A stretch of 64,000 nt of DNA from Camelus dromedarius (Eukaryota): positions 36,334,001 to 36,398,000 of the forward strand of contig NC_087436.1 in assembly GCF_036321535.1 (NCBI RefSeq), written 5' to 3'. Below are positions 49,921 through 63,450 of the stretch, piece by piece; positions within the stretch are counted from its first letter, which is position 1, and the number at the start of each line of letters is the position of its first letter. Position numbers and translations under genes: made by a program. The notes under the pieces were generated by a model, which saw nothing but the letters and a program-made list of their open reading frames with translations, did not search any database and had not been told where the DNA came from.

Positions 49921-50249
49921 AGTCCTGGGGCACTAATTGAACACAACAAGAAAAAAAGTTTAGGAGGAAGGAAAACCAAGAAGGAAGAAAAAGCCTCTAA
50001 AATACCAAACTGGCAGGGTAAACTATAGAAGGTACAAGAGCTGAAGAGAAAAGAAGACAAGATGGCAAAGGACTTGCTCCTCATTGCTCATTCCAGATTC
50101 TTCTTGCTTCCTCCGCCCTAAAAACAAAACACCTGTTTTGAATTGCAGGCCCTAAGGCCCATCACACTAGCTAGTCTCCCAGTTTCAGTCTTTACACTCC
50201 CCCAGACCAAGGCCCCTTTCTCTCATTCTTTGAAATTTTATTTCTTAGT

Positions 50250-52693
50250 TAACTGTTACTCACTTCCTCCAACATGGCTCCTGACAATTCTTGGTGATTT
50301 AAATGTTTACAGAGATACTCATTCTAACATTCCGAAAAGTCAGTTCCTTGACCTTATTCATTTCAAAGATGTTGCCCACACCATCGCTCTGCCACTCACT
50401 TCTACAGTCATATCCTGCCAGTGGAACGAAGAAGGACTCTGTGTGGCCTTCGGGGTGGGTATGAACGCCTTTCCATGTCCTCTGTTTCTTGTCTGTAGGA
50501 CAAAGGCTTCAGCCTCATAGACCTTCCCTGAGTTCCAAAGGGCAGATTCCAACAGTTACTAATTAGGGAAGGGAGGAAATGCAGAAACAAAGGAGAAGCA
50601 GTCAAGAAACAATTATGCAGCAATGAAGCAGGGTCGTGGTTCCTCCTCAAGGGATATACGTAACAGTTTATCTCTGAGCTCTTCTCCAGGAACTAAGGAC
50701 CCCACCCAGGTGATGGTAACTTTAGGCTGAGCACAAGCACGTGGACCCCAGACTGGTTGGAACCAGAAGGCTGATGATTGAGATTCCTGGGACACCACCT
50801 TGTTACCTCACCATCAACCAATCAGAGGAAAGTCACACTCCCTGCCAGCCTCCCCCCCAGTTTTGCCTGTAAAAACTCTTCCCCTCAAATCATTGGGGAG
50901 TTTAGGCTGTTTGAGCATAAGCTGCCTGTTCTCCTTGCTTGGCCCTGCAATAAACTTTCTCTGCTCCAAACTCTGACATTTGGGTTTGTTTAGCCTCTCT
51001 GTGTGTCGGGCACACAAACTTGGATTTGACAGCACTAGACCTTGTCATTATCAATCATTTCAATCCCTTTCTAACCTCAATTCTAAGTGTCCCACCCTCT
51101 GACCACTACCTGCTATCTTTCCAGCTTATCCTCGCTAGTGCCTCAACTCCGACAATCCTTCACTCCACCACTGACAACTTATTGCTCCTAATAACCTTGG
51201 ATTGTCCTTTACTCCATCCTTATGTCATCACTTCCCTCCTTATTCATTATTTTCATCACCTTTCTTACTTCATTGCCTTCACATGCCAAAAGTACAATCA
51301 TGGTTAAATCCACCTCTTCATCTACTCTGTGCTCACCACATAGCTGAGCTTGGCTGGAGAAAAATCTTCCTCCATGCCAACTGGTCTTGCCAAAAATAAT
51401 GACTATCAACCTCAAATGGGCCATAGGGCTGCCTGATAATCTCACTAAACTCCCCAGTCCATTCACTACCTCCACTCCTGTATGATTAACACACATCTTT
51501 TCTTCTGGTGCCTCATTCCCCTTCTGCATTCTCAACTAACGATCTTGCTTCCATTTTCTCTGAGAGAGAAAGAGAATCAGAAGAGAACTTCCCGCTCTTG
51601 TCACCATATCTACTACCCACCTCCCTGCATCTGTGCCCATACACTCAGCTTCCCTCCTGTTGTGCTGGAAGACAGTTTACTCCCATTTAAAGGGAAGTCC
51701 TCCACACGTGCACCAGATCCCACCTTCACTCGCTCACTCAAGGACACCGCCACAGCCATTCTCCCCTTTCTTTATTACCGTCAATGTTCTCATTTCAAAT
51801 GAATCATTTATATTAGCATAAAAACAGGCTATTATTTTTCCCATCTTAAAAATAGCTTTGACTGCTCACCCCTCTCCACCTACTGCTTCATTTCTCTGCT
51901 CCTCTTTACAGCAAAACTCTTTGAAATAACTATCTCTTCCTACGGACTCTATTTTCTTTCCTCCCATTCTCTCTTAAACCCACTTTTATCTGAGTTTTTG
52001 TCCTCACCAATGAACTGAAATAGCCCTTTTCAAGTTCACCAATGACTTCCACATTGCTATGTCCAGGTCAGTTTGCAGTCTACATCTTCCTTCATCCATC
52101 AGCATGTCATTGGGTTCATCACTCTTTATTTCACTTGGTTTCTAACCTCTTGGGTTTTCTTCCTTATCAATGTCCATTCCATCTCAGTTTCCTTCGTGAT
52201 TGCTCCTAATTACCCCAAACTCTAAACTTTTGCAATGTTTCAACTTTGTGACTTAGTTCTCATACCTCCTCCTTTTTTCATTTACACTAACCCCCTTGGT
52301 GATCTCAACCAGCTTCTCAGTTTTAAACACTATATGCATGCTGATCACTCCAGATTTATGTTTCTAGCTCTGAACTCTCTCCCAGACTTATCTTCACTGG
52401 CTATTCCCTCTGCCTGACATGTTCTTCCAGCAGATATTCACATGGCTCACTTCCTCATACATAGGGCCCTCTTTGTGCACAACATGAAAAGAGCTCCTAC
52501 TCCCAGTCCCTATCTTCCTCTGCTTTTTCTCTCCTAAGTAATTCTCAGTGTTTGACATATCTTACATTTTGTTATTATCCATTCATTATCTGTCTCTACC
52601 CACCAGAATACAATCTCTATAGAGGCTGGATTCTTGGTATGTCTGCCTGGCACAAACTGTGTATTCAATAAATATTTGTTGAGTGACTAAATG
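50250..52693 (+). mobile_element. Long LINE-2 fragment interrupted by a solo LTR
   Basis: TTCTTGGTGATTTAAATGT, CTAGACCTTGTCATTA, CAAGTTCACCAATGACTTCCACATTGCTA and 3' terminus TGCCTGGCACA...TTCAATAAATATTTGTTGAGTGA. Confidence 0.8.
50422..51034 (+). mobile_element. Solo LTR, ERV1 class, inserted in L2
   Basis: TGGAACGAAG...GACAGCA; near-perfect 4-bp TSD ccag/ctag. CCAAT (ACCAATCAGA), TATA-like TGTAAAAA and AATAAA in LTR order. Confidence 0.85.
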
Positions 52694-54156
52694 ATCCAAA
52701 ATTCTAGATTCTGAGAATCAGTGGGAGAAAACACAGCAATTACCTCTTGCCTGCTAGATCAGCAGCAAAGAGACCTTTAAGGGTACTTTATAGACTCTCC
52801 CCCTTTGCCTCTGAGTGGTGGCAGCTGAAGTTAGCCCACTGTGACCCAGGAACTTGATGGAGAGCCTGGGTGGGGGAGGCTTGCTCTGTTCAGCTGCACC
52901 CCTCAGGAAGGACGCTCCACATCTGTGCTGGGGATGTACCTTTACAAGTTAGACCAGAGTCCCCAGAATGGATCCCGTACAATTCATCTCACTTGATGCT
53001 CTATGAGGAAGAGTCTCCATGGTCACATGCACACACCTGGAAAGTCACAGATGCAACAGCATATTAAATGGTCAGAAAAGTCCTGCAATAAAGGAGCCTG
53101 GTTTAATGTTTTTCCCATGCATATTTAATCACAGAACACTTTTGTCCACAGCTCCTTACTATTTACTTGAAATACATTTTTAGAAACTCCAAATTAGAGT
53201 AGAATGAAGTCCACTAGAGGCAAGTATGTAAAGCAGAACCCACAGGGACAACTCTCCACTTCATGCATTCAGCCAACCCATTTCAGCTATTTTTGTGAGA
53301 AAATACTAAGGTTTGAGTACTTAAGAAAAGAAAGAAAAAAGGAACAAGGGAAAAAAGTCCAGGGAGTTGTAGTCATTTAAGTTGAATATAGTAAGCATTG
53401 GAGTAGTGGTCAAAAGAGAAACACCGATCAGGCTGCACTGTTAGAAGGATCACTTCTAAAAGCTGGAGTTTGGGGGGGTCTGTTATTAGAATTAGGTTAC
53501 CACTTGGGCTCATTGTGGTTGGTGCAGTGAGATAGGTGATGGTAAATCACATCACTTGGTGATGACTTCTCATTTAAAGGCAATCTCTTGTTTCAATGAA
53601 TATTAAAGATAAACTTGGAAGGAAAACAGGAGTCTTAATTTGACACATGCATCCCGAAGAGCCTGTGGAGAGAGGGAAGGACTTGGCTACTCTCTGCCGA
53701 GGTGAGGAAGGATGAGTGTATTGACTGTGTACACTTATGTATGAAACCCTCGTGTGTTTTTCCACACTTGTGCTGGGAGCCTCCTCTTGTTCCTCCACAC
53801 AGCACCTCCTGAGTCACTTCCTAGCCGCCTGTCGTTATAGCACGTGTGTACTGGGTGAGGGTGGGGGAGGACAAGGTGTAGGGCCTGGGAACTGCCCCAC
53901 TTTACCGTACCTGGGGCAGAACTGTCACTACATTTAAAAGCAGAAGTGGCAAAGAGCCACGAGGTCTAGAGAAAAACAGGGAACAAAATGAAGGTCTTGT
54001 CGGAAACTAGGTCCTACAGGAAAATATTAAACCAGTTTAGTTAACAAGTTAGAGAAGAGCAGACCACAGGGTGTCTTCAAATATGTGGAAATTTCTTTAA
54101 GGATGTGAGCCATTGTGTTGCTGTGTCAGAATTTGGAGACATAAACTAAATTAGAA

Positions 54157-54547
54157 GGACCTAGAGATGATCAAACTGAGTGAAGTAAGTCAGACAGAGA
54201 AAGACAAACATCATAGGATACACTTATAAGTGAAATCTAAAGAATGACACAAATGAACTTATTTGCAAAACAGAAATAGACTCACAGACATAGAAAACAA
54301 ACTGATGGTTACCAGCTGGGAAAGGCGCAGAGGAAGGATAAATTAGGAGTTTGGGACTAGCAGATACAAACTACTATATGTGAAAGAGATAAAAACAAAG
54401 ACCTACTGGATAGCATGGGAACTATATTCAATTTCTCATAATAACCTATAATAGAAAAGAATCTGAAAAAATTCATTTATATATATGTATAACTGAATCC
54501 CTTTGCTGTACACCTGAAACTAACACTGTACATCAACTACACCTCAA

Positions 54548-54600
<53 letters not shown>

Positions 54601-54770
54601 CAAGGTCCCACTGTATAGCACAGGGAACTACATTCAATATCTTGTAATAGTCTATAATGGAAAATAATATGAAAAATAATATATATATATAAAACTGAAT
54701 CATTATACTGTACACCAGAAACTAACATAACATTGTAAATCAACTATACTTCAATTAAAAACAAAAAGAA
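54157..54770 (+). mobile_element. Two LINE-1 3' ends in tandem separated by a (TAAA)n tail
   Basis: First copy 54157-54600 ends CTCAATAAAA(TAAA)n. The second, 54601-54770, repeats the TAGCACAGGGAACTA.ATTCAAT...CAACTATACTTCAAT segment. Confidence 0.88.
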
Positions 54771-57700
54771 CAGAGTCTTTGATATAGAGATTCTTTGATG
54801 AGCATGGATTGAAGAAACTTTCCCCACTCTTGGTCCAAATCACTGAAAGCTGAACAAAACCCAAACTCTTTTTGTGAGGCTTCATCTAGATGAGCTTCCA
54901 CATCTAGGCCTGCCTTTCATGTACTGCAAAGTGGTGCCCAGGAAGGGGCTGACATCTAGCATGCACTCACTCTCCCCATCAAGCCTGTGCCCAGGCATAG
55001 GGCTTCAACCTCTGAGAGAAAGAGACACTTTTGAAAATAATCCTTTTGCACACAGAGGGAAATGTTTTGTTTGTTTGTTTGTTTTTCATTTCCACGAAAG
55101 TACCATACTTGTTAGGAAGGCCCTGCTAAAACATTTGCAAGTTGTGCCCAATAAAACACAGCTAAAGACCATCTCAGTTTTTCACACGTTAAAAATAGAG
55201 CAGAAAGTATGACTAGCTGCTGCTCACTAAATACTTGTTGAATGAATTTTAAGTGAACAAAGATGCCCTCATTATACACAGACACACAGGGACCAAAGTG
55301 CACGGGACATGCAAATTTGTAACTGAAGACTGAATCCATGGCACTGAATCATTCATGAGAAATGATTGATATAATCTAATTTTGCACATTCTTAAAAAAA
55401 AAAAACAGTATATGCACTTATTTCCTGAGACGTCATAAGCGAGGCTTTCATGAAATTCACACTCAAAGAAAGTTTTGAGCCATATTTATTCATCTGAATT
55501 TATTCCCCAGCAACCCTTCTCTTCTAGAACTAAAGAAGCCAATCATCCTTGCCAAGCTAGGTGGCTTGCGTTACAAATTTTAATGTTTCACCAGAAACTG
55601 AGGCAAGCCGGCTCCCCTCTGCATTCTCACATCCTCCCTCACTGTGGCCCACACCTCTGCTGACTGCAGCATCTGAACTGAGTACCCAAGAAGGCCACTC
55701 TTTTCTCTCTGCCTCTAATAACCCAGTCTAACAATTGTGGTGAGTAATTTCCTTACCACTTCTGTTGTGAACGAATGCTAATAATGCTGCACAATACAGA
55801 TGGAGCACGGCTACTGAAAAAGAAACTACATAAATTATTTTTGAAAGTTATCATCAAAAGAAATGCTTTTCTGTAGGAAATTTGCTTTAACTGCTCAAGG
55901 CATCTGCCTAGGTTTCTGCTCAAGTGACCACGTCTTTGTTAATTAACAAAATGCTTCTGTGTCACAAATGGAAACGGTTTATCTTATCTAGGGTACACCT
56001 GCTGGCTTTTTTTCGGTGGATGTAACTGCAGGAATGTAACTGCTGTCTGTTTTCTAGAATCTGAGTTATCTCTTTTCATGATGCTTAGGTAAAATAGACT
56101 ATGGGTGGTCTCCTCCCATTTTGTTGCCTACTAAGTTTCATTCTATTTGCAAGAATCGGGGTTGAGCTGGTGATTGGTTTCCTGCGACATCCAATTACAC
56201 TTCTTGTGCATACCAGTAATCAGTTAATGAATGAATGAATTCATTCATTTAATCAATCAATCATTCATGTATTCAGGAGACAAATACTTATTAAGTGCCT
56301 TTCCGTGCCAGGCGTTGTGCTGGGCCCCGGAAAGACAGCAGTGAGCAAGACAGTTGCATGGGGTCTTCATACTCCACCGTGGCAGGAGGCAGTTATCAGA
56401 GGTTCTCCTGCCTAAAAAGGGGGAAAATTACCAAGGAATTTAACTCAATATTATCAATATGAATTCTAATGCAAAGCTTATTAAAGGAATCCCACTGGCA
56501 TATTAAATAGCTGAAGTTCTTACTCCACAATTTCCCCGGTTAATTTTGTTGTAACTTCTGTATCTTACTAGTATCTTTCACTAATGTAGGTTTTGCTAAC
56601 CTTTCCTGGATTCATATAAGTCCAGATTAATTTTACTGAAGCATCATAATATGATAGTAAGTCCTCGTAGTTTTAGTTACTATCAAGATCTCAAAGACAA
56701 AAACATTTTACGAGCAAAGACTATACTTCTAGCATGCTCATCATCTTAAAATCATGACATGGGTCACCAGCAGTAAATGTGCTACAGAAATTTATGGAAA
56801 GAAAACTCAGTGCAACTGAAAGACAAACCTCAAATACACATCTGTCTGATCATATTTAGTGTCATTTTCACACATAAAGGCCAGCCTGCTTTTATTTTCT
56901 CAAGTATGTGTATAACCAAGGTTTGCCTTGTGTCTTCACAGGGCAGTGACCTGATAGCATCTAGAAAAACACCAAACACACAGGCTCAATACATGTTTTC
57001 TTATGATGTAATGCTTCCCTATTTATTGTCTCACATAGCAAGCCATTTTATCTTTCAGATTGGTACATTTTTATTGGTACATTTTATTTGCTGAATAACG
57101 AATTCAAGAATCCTCAACTTAGAGACAAAAAAATTCCTTGAAAGCAGTTTTGTCACATTGCCCCCTAATTTTCAGAATGCTATTTAATCTACCAGTGACT
57201 AAGCTGTAGGAAAAATCTTTCTGTGTTATTATGTAAAGGAAAATGTAGGTGGAGGGAATGAGGTCTAGTCTGTATCCATCGCATGATTTGGACTGTCAGA
57301 GACAGAGGAAAAAGGAAATCTCTGCTCTCCCCTGGTAGGGATATGAGGTTGCTCAGAATTCCACTTTTGGGGAAGTCCGCTATCAAGGTGATGTAAATTC
57401 TAAAGTAGCAAATTGACTCAGCATGTTCCTAAGCCACAGACCTCTTAGGTGACGTGTGCTAAATTCACGTCATTTGCCCGTTGGCTCTCATTAGGTGACA
57501 GGGAAACCGTGTATTTTCCCCACCTCGTGCACACACAAAGCGGAAGCACACTGAGTTCTCCTGTTGGTCTTGTTCTTATTCACGTTTCTGACAATCAGGA
57601 CATTCTGCCCCGACTATAGCTATTAATTTTAATTCTCTTTGTCTTTACTCCACGGTATTCCAATGAACTTACAATAAAAAATTATAGACAATCCTTTCTC

Positions 57701-59737
57701 TAAATGCTTTTCCTATTTCTTGAGTAGTCAGGAAAATTGTTTTACACATTACAAATCTGTTTGGAAATCAACTGGAATTGATCTACCCACAAAGATCTAC
57801 CCACAATATTCCCCAATGCTTACACAACTATTTAACAAATTTAACAGCAGAGGTGGCAGCCACCACTATGACAGTTTAAAACTATGATCTACAAGAAAGT
57901 GTTTCTAGCTCTTGAAAAAAAAAAAAAAAAGCAGGGAACTGACATTTAATGAGTTCCTGCTATATGCAAGGAATAGTTTTAATGGACTTACATAAATTAT
58001 GTCCTTTAAAAGCAAAAAACCTTCTTGTCATCTTTTTCATTATGAATGAAATGATTTTTCATTTCAGATGATTTTTACTGTGAATAATGAAGTTAGAGAG
58101 GGCAGAGTTGATAGAAAATATATAGAAATGTAGGACTCAGGTTTCTTTTTCCCAACAAATTACACATAATTTCATCTTATGGCTGTGATTCATTGCCACC
58201 TTCATCATGGCTCCCATATAAAATCATTTATTCCCAGCTCTAACAGGAAGTAGCCTGGGCCATCTTATCTCCTAGTCAATAGCAATCTTGACATTTAGTG
58301 GTAGCCATCACATCACCTCTTATAAATGCCACTTTCAGCAAGTTTCTTAAACTCTCTGTGCCTCAGTTTTCTCATCTCTAAAATGGATAACAATAGAAGT
58401 TACCTCACAAATGTGAGGGTTTGGTGGCTTATGGTACTTCACTGAATCTAAGTTGCCATTGATTATAACAGGCAGCCTGGCTTCCAAAATATTAATATAC
58501 AAATGTGCTGTCCAAGAATTGATGAAATACAGTAACAACTCAAAGAATAGGTACAAGAATCAGAATAACGCCCAACATACAGTATGTGCCCAATAAATGT
58601 TAGCTGTAAATATCTGTTAGCAACCCGGGAACCACAGTGCAGAAGTGGGCTTTCCACGCCCCCTGTGGACCGTGGCATGGCTTCCTTATCCAAGACAGAA
58701 CACCTGGCATAAGCAGGTGACTCTACCACCCTGGGCTCTGCAAATAGGGAACTCCATCAGTCATTTTAAAACTATTTTTTCTTTCCTAGTGGGTAATCCT
58801 TTTTTTCAAATTAAATCTTACACAGAACCCAATGTATTAATAAAGAAGATTTTCTCTGATTGAAGCAGGGGTGGAGAAGGCACAAAGTTCTGCCTACCTT
58901 CCCTCCCCTTCATCCTCAGGGCAGCCCCCACCCCCACCCCAAGGAGCCCTTTCAGAGCAGCAATATCACTTTCTTGTCACAGTTAAGATAATGAGTCTCC
59001 TAAAACTCCTATGGGTGCTTGTTAATTATTCCAAACCCGTAAAATTTCACCTTATTGAAATGTCACCTTATTTGTGGCATTTCACCAAATGCCACCTTAG
59101 TGGCATTATTCAGTGCCCAATACATGCACTGCACAGACCATACTTTAAATGTACTTTTTTCACCTTCCTCCACTTTGGTCTTCAGACTTCTTCCAATCTG
59201 TCACATGTGACTGAGACCACCCTTCCTTCTCAGCCGAGTCATCTCATGACCCTCCCTAGATGCAGTTTAATGCTCTCAGAGGACAGAACATGAAGGATGT
59301 AGCATTTTTGTTCCACAGAAAGCTTTCTGCTATCAAGGACTTTAAATTCTAATGTCTTTTTCCTGGAACCCTCCTTGAGCTCTGTCTCAGAAGCCTCCAC
59401 CTGATAATAAATGAAATTCAATTAACTATTATTGTGTGTTGGTTACGAGTTTATGGGAAAAATACACCTTTCAAATAGCCTTCTCTTCCTGGATTGTCCA
59501 CATAAAACTTAGCAGATGAAGGAAATAAATGAAAATAAAAATTGTTCAAGGTGTTTCCTCCCTGGTGGTACCTGCTGGACTTGTGTGTGTGTGAAGGACT
59601 CAGGTTTGCTATGTGCAATGTGCAAAGTGGGAACTAAGTGGAGGTTTCCACACAGGAACATGGTTGCAGCGGTTCTGAGGACTTTGAACACCGAGAGCAA
59701 TTAATGCAGGCAAGAGAGCTCTTTCTAAAATAGAGCA

Positions 59738-59860
59738 CAATTGGCCCTTGAAGGAGCATCGACCTTCCCCAGAGTCAGAATTCCCTGTACAATTTATAGT
59801 CGGTTCCTTTCTCTACGTGGTTCTGCATCCACAGATTCAACCAACAGCAGAAAACCCACG
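59738..59860. mobile_element. Tigger-derived MITE fragment
   Basis: CAATTGGCCCTTGAA (TIR-like) and GGTTCTGCATCCACAGATTCAACCAAC. Confidence 0.6.
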
Positions 59861-60156
59861 TTGTACAACTGTAGCACCTTAGAGATGCGGAAAGTAAACA
59901 TAGTCTATCTCCAAATTATCTTTTCCCCAGATACTAAGCAGATATTACCTTTTTTACAGTTTTCCTTGACTTAATTTTCGTAAATCAGGAAAAGGCAAAA
60001 ACTGTTGTTTGTTTTTTGTAAAAGGATCATTGACTCATGAGAGGGAAACAAAACAAAACAAAACCCCAAAGATTAGATCGCAAAGGGCATTTAAAAAGGA
60101 CTCTCTCTGCTCCCTAGAGAGGCTATATTGTTCAATTTGTTTTACTTTAAACTAAC

Positions 60157-60320
60157 ACAGTCCTCCCTCAGTATCCGCGGAGAACTTGGTTCCAGAGCCC
60201 CAGAGGAAAGCAACATCCAAGGATGCTCATGTCCCTCAGATAAAATAGTGCAGTACAACGAACAGAGTCAGCCTTCCGTATGTTTGGACTCCAAACCCAC
60301 GGACACACAGGACTGACACT
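60157..60320. mobile_element. MER2/MER46-like Tigger MITE
   Basis: CAGTCCTCCCTCAGTATCCGCGG...TTGGTTCCAG...GGATGCTCATGTCCCTCAGATAAAAT. Confidence 0.65.
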
Positions 60321-62429
60321 ATTTAGAGACTAGAAAGCTCTATTTAATAAAACAAATATATATTTTGATTTCATGGTGTGAGGATTTGAACAAGAAAAAA
60401 CTGGGATACAATTCTGAAAACAAATCCAGGGAGAGAAGAAAAGTGAAGAAATCTGGAGTGAATGAGCAACAAAAAAGGGGGGAACAGAGAGATCTGGATA
60501 AAAAGCCAGGAGGAGACCAAAGGAGCGAGAGGTAGGTGCTCAGAGCTCTCCTAGGTTCTGCGGTTCTTTGGGTTGTGGCCTGCTGGGGTCAGTGTCCTCC
60601 AGGATTACTGTTGACCTCTTCAGTGCCTTAATCCTTACATTTGTTAAGGTCTCCATTCTAAATGTTGACTTGAACACTAACCTCATTAAAAACTGTTCTC
60701 TGAACACAGTAGCAAGGATCAGAGCAGCGGTTCTGAGAGCTGGGTAAAAATCAAGTCAAGGGTGGGAGTTCCTCCTCAATGTCATGCCATTAAAGCTCCA
60801 GTTGGCGCACATATTACAGATGGCAGAAATAGCAGGACAACTTTTGCTAAATACGCTGACATGACCTGTGATGACTTAACTCTTGATTTCCATCTCAGCT
60901 TCTTGAGCCATCCATCTCTTAGTTTCATAAAGACTTAATTTTAGTTGGCTTTCTTCATAAGCATGTTTCTTTTGGCTTCCTCCGTACTGATTTCCCTTTC
61001 AGCGTCTATTTAAACATTTTGTAGCCAAAGATGAGTATTCTGATGTCCTCATTACCATGGGAAGGCTTGAAAAATATGGCAAATGAACAATAACTGATTA
61101 AATAGAGGTAAATAACTTAGTCACATTTTTGGCCATTAACTTGTCAAGATAGCTGATTTCCTGGTTGATTTTGTTTATGCTAGTCATGGATCCAAAGTAT
61201 TGTAGGTGTTTATTCACTTTTTTCTCTTTTCTCTTGTGGCTATAAAATGCTAGAAAATTACTGTTGAATCTTACACTGGACTAGATGGTCACTGGGTAAA
61301 ATAAATGAAAGACGCAACTGGATATTCCAACTGAGATTGGAAGTTGATTATTTAATTAACTCTGACAAGACATACATTTACATTCTGGTTACCACCAAGA
61401 ATAATTTTGCAAAAGAACTCCTCATCTCATTCCAAATCCATGTCAGAAGCATTATCATTGCGGTTTAACCCCCCTATGGGGTCTGACGAACTGCAGAGGC
61501 TATTCTGTTATAACCCAACGGCACTGGCATTGGGGGCAGTTTCCTCTGCGAAGTGGTCAAGCTCTGCAGACAGTTGTCCTCCAGTCACTTCACGGTGTTA
61601 CTTAATTTTAGTGTGCCTTGGTTTCCTCATCTGTAAGGAGTGATAATCCTAGTAACTGCATCTCACGTTGTTGCTTTAAATGAGATAATATCTGTAAAGC
61701 AGTTAACTAAATAAGTGCTTGCTTTAATAATTATTACTGTTATCTTTTTAATTGGTCCAAGGTCTTTTCCCAGAAAGAGATACCCCCACCCCCTTTATTA
61801 GCCACAGATGTGGCTCTCAGGTGTAACTGTTTTTTATTTTAAAGGCTGGTTTCAGGGCAACTTTTGAGCCCAATGAGCAAATCTCACAGAACCTGTGTTT
61901 TCCTGTTCTCCACTTTGTTAATCAGTTTGTTTACAGAGCTACCATGTACACTGGACATAGAGAATCCATATTTAAAGAGTTCAAGTAAAATAAAACATTC
62001 AGCACTAAAACTGTAGCAAATGCAACTGACAATTGATGGCTCATGCCATTTTAGGGTTCTGCAGTGCTCTGTCCCCTGAGTGTGGTATAAGTGGGATATG
62101 TATATAACAATTATATACATATCCAACTTTGTTCTAAAGAAACAGCATTCAGGGGGCCCATGAATTCACTGATGTGTGGGCCTTTGTTTATGAACTGCCT
62201 AAATCATTTTCAACCATATACGTATCATTATTTCTCAAAAAAAGTATGTAGCTAGTCTTGTGATGAGTTAAATACAAATTCATTTAAAAGCACTCTTGAA
62301 TTCATAGTGACTCCTTGGTATTAGAATTCCTCAAGCAAGAGGAAGACTGAACCAGTTTCTACCATTTACTATTATGGAAGGTGAGACATTTTTGATACTT
62401 AGTAGGAGCTCATGTCATAAAACATAAGA

Positions 62430-63450
62430 TTCTCAGATACAGTAATATAAAACAAAATCTCTGTAGGGCAAAAGACACCACAGAGAAAATAATTTAAACA
62501 TGTTCAACATATTTTTAATAGAAAAAGAGCCCTTATGGGTAAGAAACAACCCAATAGGTGGGCAAAGAATATGAACAAGGCTGTTTACAGAAAAAAAAAA
62601 AGCCCCACTGATAATAAAGATATGAAAATATGCCAAACTTAACTATTGGTCAAAAAAAGGGAACCAATGATAGCGTACTACTTTTTTCTTGCCTGAGCAT
62701 AATGGCAAATATTTAAAGTATTGACAATATAAAGTGTTTATGAGAACACCGAGGAAAGGAAACTATTGTTGGAGGGTGTGTAAACTGGTAGAACATGTTG
62801 GAGGGCAATGAGGCAGTTTCTACCAAATTTTTAGGATATAATGTTTCCACTTAGGAAGCAAAATGTGGGATATGAATCTAAAAGAAGTGTAGCTCACATA
62901 CGCTTAAAGATACAAATGTTTAAGGATGTTCAGTGCTGCACTGTTTGCTGGAGATCAAAATTTGAAATAATCTAAATATCAGTAGAACCATGAATGAATT
63001 CTAGTGCAGCCATACAATGGAATATTAATCCAGCTCTTTAAATGAGACAGCCCTGTGATGAACACTGTATGGATTCTTGGCCCTGACGTATCATTGAGTG
63101 AAAAAGGGAAGTTGTAGAATATGCACGGTGAAATTAAATTTTTATGTAAAAAAGCACATTTTTCTATGTCTGTATCTTTATGTCTCTTTTTCTATATGCC
63201 TCCTTCTCCATATATAATTCTATCTCCTTCAATCTCTACGTATCTATATCTATACCTCTATGTTGTTTTAAGTACATGGGAAAAAAGTCTATAATGATAC
63301 ACTGTAAACTCTCAAGAGTGCCCCCAGGAAGTGAAAATTAGGGAAGACAAGGGAGCAATTTTATATTTTGCTTTTTACTTTATACAATTATATATTCTTT
63401 GAATTCTTTGTTTTAATGACCCACATATACTGCTTTTGTAAATTCAAAGA
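62430..63450 (+). mobile_element. Ancient L1 (L1M-type) 3' region
   Basis: TGGGCAAAGAATATGAACA, GTGTAAACTGGTA, AAGGATGTTCAGTGCTGCACTGTTT, CCATACAATGGAATATTA. Confidence 0.7.

Noticed and set aside
56230..56249. 20-bp perfect palindrome aatgaatgaattcattcatt
   Set aside because: Made of (TGAA)n/(TTCA)n simple repeat at the tail of a reversed L2 3' end; low complexity.
57780..57806. Direct repeat gatctacccacaa x2
   Set aside because: Ordinary 14-bp tandem micro-duplication with nothing inserted between the copies.
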